Shown here piece after piece: positions 59,235-64,000 of a stretch of 64,000 nt of DNA. The notes under the pieces were generated by a model, which was not told the origin of the DNA, searched no databases, and worked only from the letters and a program-made list of their open reading frames with translations. Positions within the stretch are counted from its first letter, which is position 1. Every line of letters starts with the position of its first letter. A program made the translations under genes and the position numbers. Source of the DNA: Ostreococcus lucimarinus (lineage: Eukaryota); NCBI GenBank assembly GCA_000092065.1, contig CP000589.1. One strand, given 5' to 3'.

Positions 59235-59972
59235 ATGCGCGCCGCGGCGCGCGTCGCCGGGGCGCTCGCGAGGCCCGGGCGCGCGCGTCGTCGAGCGTTC
59301 GCGCCGCGGCGCGCGTCGCCGCGTCGCGCGTCGACGCGCGCGGGCGCGGGCGCGCGCGACGACGGGGACGGCGGGCGACGCTTCGTCGCGCCGAGCGAGG
59401 GCGCGACGGCGGCGCTCGCGCGGGCGCTCGCGCGCGTCGCGCGCGAGGGAGACGTGATATGCCTGCGCGGCGACGTGGGGGCGGGAAAGAGCGCGTTCGC
59501 GCGGGCGTTCACGCGCGCGGCGACGGGGGACGACGGGCTGGACGTGCCGTCGCCGACGTATCTGGTGCAACAGCGGTACGACGCGCGCGAGGGAAGCGAT
59601 GGCGGGAGAGGGATGCGCGTGCATCACTACGATTTGTATCGCCTGCGGGACGCGAGCGAGATCGAGGCGATGGTGGATCTGGAGGAGAGCGCGGAGAGCG
59701 CGGTTTCGGTGCTGGAGTGGAGCGAACGGTTGGGACGGTTGACGCCGGAGACGCGGTTGGAGGTGCGAGTGCGCGCGATCGGGGCGGGAGAGCGCGCGTG
59801 CGGTGAGGTGGTGGATGACTCGGGCGAGACGGCGAGCGAGGAGGGCGACGAGGAGGGCGAGGAGGAGGAGGAGGAGACGGACGCGGCGTACGTGGACGTC
59901 GCCGCGCGATCGTTTCGGTTCGTCGGTTTCGGCGGCGATTGGGCGGATCGAATCGCGCGGATATCGCCGTAG
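59235..59972 (+). CDS. TSAE: TsaE/YjeE-family P-loop ATPase (bacterial-type t6A biosynthesis component, organellar)
   Basis: ALARALARVAREGDVICLRGDVGAGKSAFARAFTRAA...VPSPTYLVQQRY...HHYDLYRL...SVLEWSERL, the canonical TsaE pattern (GDvi.L.GdLGAGKTtf.rg...SPTF.Lv..Y....HfDLYRL......EW). Acidic C-terminal extension. Start at MRAAARVAG (ATG 59235), divergent from the GYF gene. Confidence 0.75.
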   Translation: MRAAARVAGALARPGRARRRAFAPRRASPRRASTRAGAGARDDGDGGRRFVAPSEGATAALARALARVAREGDVICLRGDVGAGKSAFARAFTRAATGDDGLDVPSPTYLVQQRYDAREGSDGGRGMRVHHYDLYRLRDASEIEAMVDLEESAESAVSVLEWSERLGRLTPETRLEVRVRAIGAGERACGEVVDDSGETASEEGDEEGEEEEEETDAAYVDVAARSFRFVGFGGDWADRIARISP

Positions 59973-60000
59973 TGCGCGCGATGAAAAATATGTAGAATTA

Positions 60001-61500
60001 CTAGTCGACGTTCGATCGCACGAGATCGTCGAGATCTTCCGGCCCCCAGTCGTCGTCTTCGTCCTCGCACGCCTCGTCCCAATCGCCGTCGACGCACGCG
60101 ACGTCGTCGTCGAAATCGATTTCGTCGCACGCGTCGTCGCGCGCGATGTTCATTTTCGCCGTGAGCGCGCGTATTAAACTCGCCTGCATGGAGTTGAGCG
60201 TCTGCACGTTTTCAATCGTGCCTTCGAGCGCGCCCGCGTGCACGGCGGCGCCGAGCGCGACGGCTTCGTCGGGGTTGACGAGCGATACGTTTGGCTTTCG
60301 ACCTAGAGTGTTTTCGACGAACCGTCGCACGCACGGCGATTTCGTCGCGCCGCCGACTAGGAGAATTTGATCGAACGGTCTTCCCGCCGCGCGTGACGCA
60401 CCATCTTTCTTCAGCGAGTTCTCCATGATGGCTTCCAAATCGACCCCCGCGCTGTCCGCGGCGGCGCTCACGGGACGCCGCATGCGGCGAAGGACGTCGA
60501 TGACGAGTTTTTCAAACAGTGAGCGAGTGATGATGCGCTTACTCCCATCAGGCATCGGCACCTCGACCTGCTCTTGATCACTCAACGCCTCGCGCGCCTT
60601 GCGAGCGACGCTCAACGCGCCTCTGGGATCGACGTCGGCGCCGAGCGATTTCGCCTCGGACGCGAGCCAAACCGCGATGATGCGATCAAAGTCGTCCCCG
60701 CCTAAGTTTGGGTCGCCACCCGTGGCTAACACCTCCACGGTTCCACCGCCCACCTCCAGCACGCTCACGTCGAACGTCCCTCCCCCGAGATCAAACACGA
60801 AGACGGTTTCGTCTTCGTCCACGTCCACGCCGTACGCCAACGCCGCGGCGACGGGTTCCTTCAGCAACCGCACGACGTTCAACCCCGCGAGATGTCCCGC
60901 GCGCGTCGTCGCTTCCATTTGCAAATCATCAAAGTACGCCGGCACCGTTATCACCGCCTTATCGATCGTCGTTCCTAACTCGGCCTCCGCCGCGTCCAAC
61001 AGCGTTCGCAGCACGTGCGCGCTCGCCTCCTCCGGTAGCACCAAGTACTCTTCCCCGCTCTCATCCACCGCCGCGATCGCCGCAAACTTCGTCTCGGGGT
61101 GTGGGACGACCCTGTACGGCACGTCTTTCGCCTGCGCCTTGCATTTTTTGTACTTTCGTCCGATGAACCGTTTCACGCTGTGCAGCGCGTTGCGCGAATC
61201 CTTTTGCATTCTTTTCTTCGCCTCTACGCCCACCGTCACCGCGCCGTCGGGGCCGAGGGCGACGACGGACGGAATCGTGCGAAGGCCTTGACACGGCACG
61301 ATCTCCGCGCGGCCGTCGCGGACGATGGCGACGGCGCTATTCGTCGTGCCGAGGTCGATGCCGCAAATTGAGCATCGAATCGACGCGGGCGCGGAGCGGC
61401 GTGAAACCGGGGCGCGCGAGCGCAGCGCGCGCGAGGGGGACGTCGACGACGTCGCGGTCGACGCGCGGTGAGGGGTGACGGCGCGCGAGGGCGCGAACAT
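60001..61500 (-). CDS. Hsp70-family protein consisting of presequence plus nucleotide-binding domain only, with an acidic Cys/Trp-containing C-terminal tail (no substrate-binding domain)
   Basis: CGIDLGTTNSAVAIV...AVITVPAYFDDLQMEATTRAG...NVVRLLKEPVAAALAYG...VFVFDLGGGTFDVSVLEV...ILLVGGATKSPCVRRFV...VNPDEAVALGAAVHA. The protein ends about 60 aa later with DDACDEIDFDDDVACVDGDWDEACEDEDDDWGPEDLDDL. Start at MFAPSRAV (ATG 61498-61500). Stop only 28 bp from the TsaE stop. Confidence 0.8.
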   Translation of the reverse strand: MFAPSRAVTPHRASTATSSTSPSRALRSRAPVSRRSAPASIRCSICGIDLGTTNSAVAIVRDGRAEIVPCQGLRTIPSVVALGPDGAVTVGVEAKKRMQKDSRNALHSVKRFIGRKYKKCKAQAKDVPYRVVPHPETKFAAIAAVDESGEEYLVLPEEASAHVLRTLLDAAEAELGTTIDKAVITVPAYFDDLQMEATTRAGHLAGLNVVRLLKEPVAAALAYGVDVDEDETVFVFDLGGGTFDVSVLEVGGGTVEVLATGGDPNLGGDDFDRIIAVWLASEAKSLGADVDPRGALSVARKAREALSDQEQVEVPMPDGSKRIITRSLFEKLVIDVLRRMRRPVSAAADSAGVDLEAIMENSLKKDGASRAAGRPFDQILLVGGATKSPCVRRFVENTLGRKPNVSLVNPDEAVALGAAVHAGALEGTIENVQTLNSMQASLIRALTAKMNIARDDACDEIDFDDDVACVDGDWDEACEDEDDDWGPEDLDDLVRSNVD

Positions 61501-61667
61501 CGCGCGAGTGTGTGGGGGCGGGGACGACGCGCGCTGACGAGGCGAGCGCGGCGACGGACGCGCGAAACAATCGTGGCTAAATGTCGCGCAATACAACGTC
61601 GGAGCGCGCGCGAACGGTGCGCACGTGGTCGCGAAACGACGTCGAGCGTCGCGATCGCGGGGCGTCG

Positions 61668-64000
61668 CTAAGGCCCGCGCGATTTGATTGGCGATTGCGC
61701 GGGCGTGTTCGCCGCCGACGGCAACCGACTCGACGGGCGCGGGACGACGGCGAAGGCGTCGTCACCGAGCGACGATCCGATTTGAACCTTGACGGGCAGC
61801 GGCACGGCTAAATTGAATTCGTTCGCGACGGATTCCATGGCGTGTCGCACGATTTGTGCGATGGCTTTGGCGCTGCGCGCGTCGCACTCGAAAACGCACT
61901 CGTCGTGCACCGTCAACACGAGCTGACATCGTTCGATGAGATACTTTGTGCGCAAAGTATCGATGACGCGCACGACTGCGGTCTTGAAGATATCTGCCGC
62001 GCTGCCTTGGCACACCGTGTTCACCGCCTGCCGCTCCGCGGCGGCCCTGTCGTCGTTATTCTTTGAGTGCAAATCTGGAAAATATCTGTGCCGAGCGCTG
62101 ATGGTCGTCACTCGAGCGATTGGCTTTTCCTCTCGCGCGCGGATGACGATGCCGTCTAGCCATTCCATCAGACGTGGAAGCATAGATTTGAATCGAGCGA
62201 CCTCGGATTTCGCCGCTTCTTCGCACATGCGCAAATCAGATGCCAATTTCTTAGCTCCGCTGCCGTACAACAATCCGTATACCAAATTTTTGCAATTCGT
62301 TCGCTCTTCGGCGAGCACGGTGTCGGGGGCTTTTCTGTACCACTTGCTAGCGAGCATCGTAAACGGGTCGTCTTTTAAGTTGTTTGGTTCAGGATTTTGA
62401 AGCATGTGAATCAGCGTGCGATCTCCACTGAAGTGCGCCATGATTCGAAGCTCCAGCTGCGAATAATCCGCGCGAACGAACACCTTGGCCGCCGGGGGCA
62501 CGAAGGCGGACCGTATCGATATCTTCGGCGCGTCGAGGCCGTAGAATTGATCACCACACGTCATGTCGTGCGCTAGCGAGTGAAAATTTGGTTCGCTGTG
62601 CGCCAACCTTCCACAGTCGTGATTGGTTTGAAAGATGGAATAGCGAATGCGAGAGTCATCGGCGTACATGCCGAGAATGGTGTCGGCGAAACCGCGTCTC
62701 TTGAACACGCTCCTGTGTTCTATGATGAGCAACGGAAACGGATGATTACTTTGCTCGTAGAGCTTGCGCAAGTTGTTGGCGTCGATACTGGTCTTCGCGC
62801 CCGGCGGCGGCGTGAGTTTCAAATGTTTGTACAGACGATCTTGCAGGTAGGTGTTGTTCGTCAGCGCTCTGCGTGCGATCGACACCGAAGAATCGAGAAC
62901 TATCCATTTTTGTGTCAAAGCGTATTCCTCTAGCTTCTTGAGACGATCATCCATCGTCGCCATCTCCTCGCGCATCTTGCGTGCGTCGAAAGGAATTCGG
63001 ACGGTTTGCATCGCCACGATCGGAGCTACAAACGGCATTTCGATCTCCATGAGAGGTCGGAGAAGCTCTTTCTCTTGACACTCTTTCCAAGTTAGGTGAC
63101 CCATGGCGTAGCACGCCGCGGTTGCTCGCGATAACGGTTTTAGATGGTCTCGATCTTTACCAAATCGATCCACAATATGACACGCCGCCTCGACGCCGCT
63201 CGTCGCTTCGCCCAACTCGGCGCTAAAGAGTTTCATAAGCGGATCGGTCGGGTCTGTCCCACGCATCAGCGCATCGTGTGCGCTTGCTTTGACTTCATCC
63301 GCACTTGGACGAAGAAGCCACGCGGCGATACGCACGTCCACGCACGGCTGTGCGAAACAGAAGAGACGGGCGGCGTACGTACTCGCTCGCGCGTCGACAA
63401 TGTTGCAGAGCTGTGACTGCAAGTCGATCGTAAACTTTCTTGGGCCTTCTTTCGATAGAATCTCGAGCGCACGCGCGATAGGGATGCCGACTATCTCGCG
63501 ATTTCTGATCGCATTCTTCTGCTCGTGCCTGTCGTACAAAAGCTTGGCGATGAACACAGCGCGCGAATTCAACGCCACAGCGATGCGCGTCGGCTCCTCG
63601 AACGCTCGACGCTCCCCCGACGACTCGTGAACGCTTTTCGGCTGGAAAATCACGGAATATGCCGAGGAATCCTGCCATATGCTCAAGAACGTCTCGATAT
63701 CTTCCGAGGTTTCGAGCAAGGTTGTGCCGACTGCCGTTCGCACATCGAGTTCAATCGCCAGATCTAACGAGTTCTCATTCGCCATGCCGGCTTCGATTTC
63801 TCGTATCTCGGCTAATCTAGTCTCAGTCTCTTCGCGTTCCTCCCGCGTCTGCTCTGCTACAATTTCTCTGGCGCGAGCTAAAATCTCCCGAGCCGCTCGC
63901 ACGATGGCCGAGGGCGCCATGCCGTTCTTGTTGTACTGCTTCAACACGGCGGCGATTTTATCGACACTACCCAAAGTCACGATGGCTTTCGGCGTCGTGA
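61668..64000 (-). CDS. Family-A DNA polymerase, Pol-theta/Pol-nu-like polymerase domain (C-terminal ~770 aa; the N-terminus continues beyond the right window edge)
   Basis: Motif A ADYSQLELRIMAHFS, motif B RTNCKNLVYGLLYGSGAKKLA (POLQ-type ..YG..YG.GAK.L), motif C LTVHDECVFEC, with an inactive-exonuclease-like region upstream. The listed ORF begins on GTG at 63978-63980 and the frame stays open to position 64000. Confidence 0.8.
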   Translation of the reverse strand, partial: TTPKAIVTLGSVDKIAAVLKQYNKNGMAPSAIVRAAREILARAREIVAEQTREEREETETRLAEIREIEAGMANENSLDLAIELDVRTAVGTTLLETSEDIETFLSIWQDSSAYSVIFQPKSVHESSGERRAFEEPTRIAVALNSRAVFIAKLLYDRHEQKNAIRNREIVGIPIARALEILSKEGPRKFTIDLQSQLCNIVDARASTYAARLFCFAQPCVDVRIAAWLLRPSADEVKASAHDALMRGTDPTDPLMKLFSAELGEATSGVEAACHIVDRFGKDRDHLKPLSRATAACYAMGHLTWKECQEKELLRPLMEIEMPFVAPIVAMQTVRIPFDARKMREEMATMDDRLKKLEEYALTQKWIVLDSSVSIARRALTNNTYLQDRLYKHLKLTPPPGAKTSIDANNLRKLYEQSNHPFPLLIIEHRSVFKRRGFADTILGMYADDSRIRYSIFQTNHDCGRLAHSEPNFHSLAHDMTCGDQFYGLDAPKISIRSAFVPPAAKVFVRADYSQLELRIMAHFSGDRTLIHMLQNPEPNNLKDDPFTMLASKWYRKAPDTVLAEERTNCKNLVYGLLYGSGAKKLASDLRMCEEAAKSEVARFKSMLPRLMEWLDGIVIRAREEKPIARVTTISARHRYFPDLHSKNNDDRAAAERQAVNTVCQGSAADIFKTAVVRVIDTLRTKYLIERCQLVLTVHDECVFECDARSAKAIAQIVRHAMESVANEFNLAVPLPVKVQIGSSLGDDAFAVVPRPSSRLPSAANTPAQSPIKSRGP

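Noticed and set aside
1-64000. Search for a prokaryote-style defence or mobile island, rRNA or tRNA genes, transposons or introner elements
   Set aside because: Every sizeable gap is filled by a conserved eukaryotic gene. I saw no tRNA-like T-loop/acceptor structures, rDNA, terminal inverted repeats, integrase or reverse-transcriptase ORFs, or repeated intron-sized elements. Absence is based on reading only, without a tRNA or repeat scan.

Overview
This window looks like gene-dense, very GC-rich (about 65-70 %) nuclear DNA from a prasinophyte green alga, most like Micromonas (Mamiellophyceae). It does not look like a prokaryotic island. I can support 39 protein-coding genes on both strands, almost all recognisable by conserved motifs in the translated ORF track. 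I found no rRNA or tRNA genes, CRISPR arrays, transposons or introner elements.

Genes, left to right:
- ABC1/ADCK kinase (5' part only) and chloroplast-type RNase J
- RbcX
- TcdA fused to a TatD hydrolase
- BRE1-type E3 ligase and TRM1
- Type-II thioesterase
- Aspartokinase-homoserine dehydrogenase and a MATE transporter
- DnaJ-ferredoxin protein and aldo-keto reductase
- NifS-like cysteine desulfurase, OTU protease and the U5 snRNP 40K WD40 protein
- Ankyrin protein and NDUFB10/PDSW
- A two-repeat voltage-gated cation channel
- MYST acetyltransferase and a WASH-like Arp2/3 activator
- Enoyl-CoA hydratase, IMPACT and a DUF1415 protein
- CASP golgin, PPDK and a CLC channel
- PP2C, a TALE homeobox protein and a TBC-PX RabGAP
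- Sm-F and NudC
- A CLASP-like TOG protein and p47
- A GYF protein and TsaE
- An NBD-only Hsp70 and a Pol-theta-like polymerase that runs off the right edge

Genome architecture:
- Intergenic spacers are tiny. Divergent start codons lie as little as 26 bp apart and convergent stop codons 28-111 bp apart.
- Introns are few and short (95-266 nt). All six that I could place share a GT donor, a CTGAC branch point 14-30 nt before the acceptor, and a CAG acceptor.
- TGTAA motifs follow many stop codons, as expected for the chlorophyte poly(A) signal.
- GC3 bias produces many long spurious ORFs antisense to real genes. The supplied ORF track also starts ORFs at GTG, so the first M of an ORF is often not a real ATG. 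I placed starts by homology.

Most worth a second look:
- the TcdA-TatD fusion
- the WASH-like protein with a WH2-WH2-acidic tail in a green alga
- the 2 x 6TM voltage-gated channel with Trp-containing selectivity filters and an RE/SE dipeptide repeat
- micro first exons: an ATG-only first exon for p47, a 15-nt first exon for MYST and a 136-nt first exon for PPDK
- the NBD-only Hsp70
- a possible stand-alone editing thioesterase
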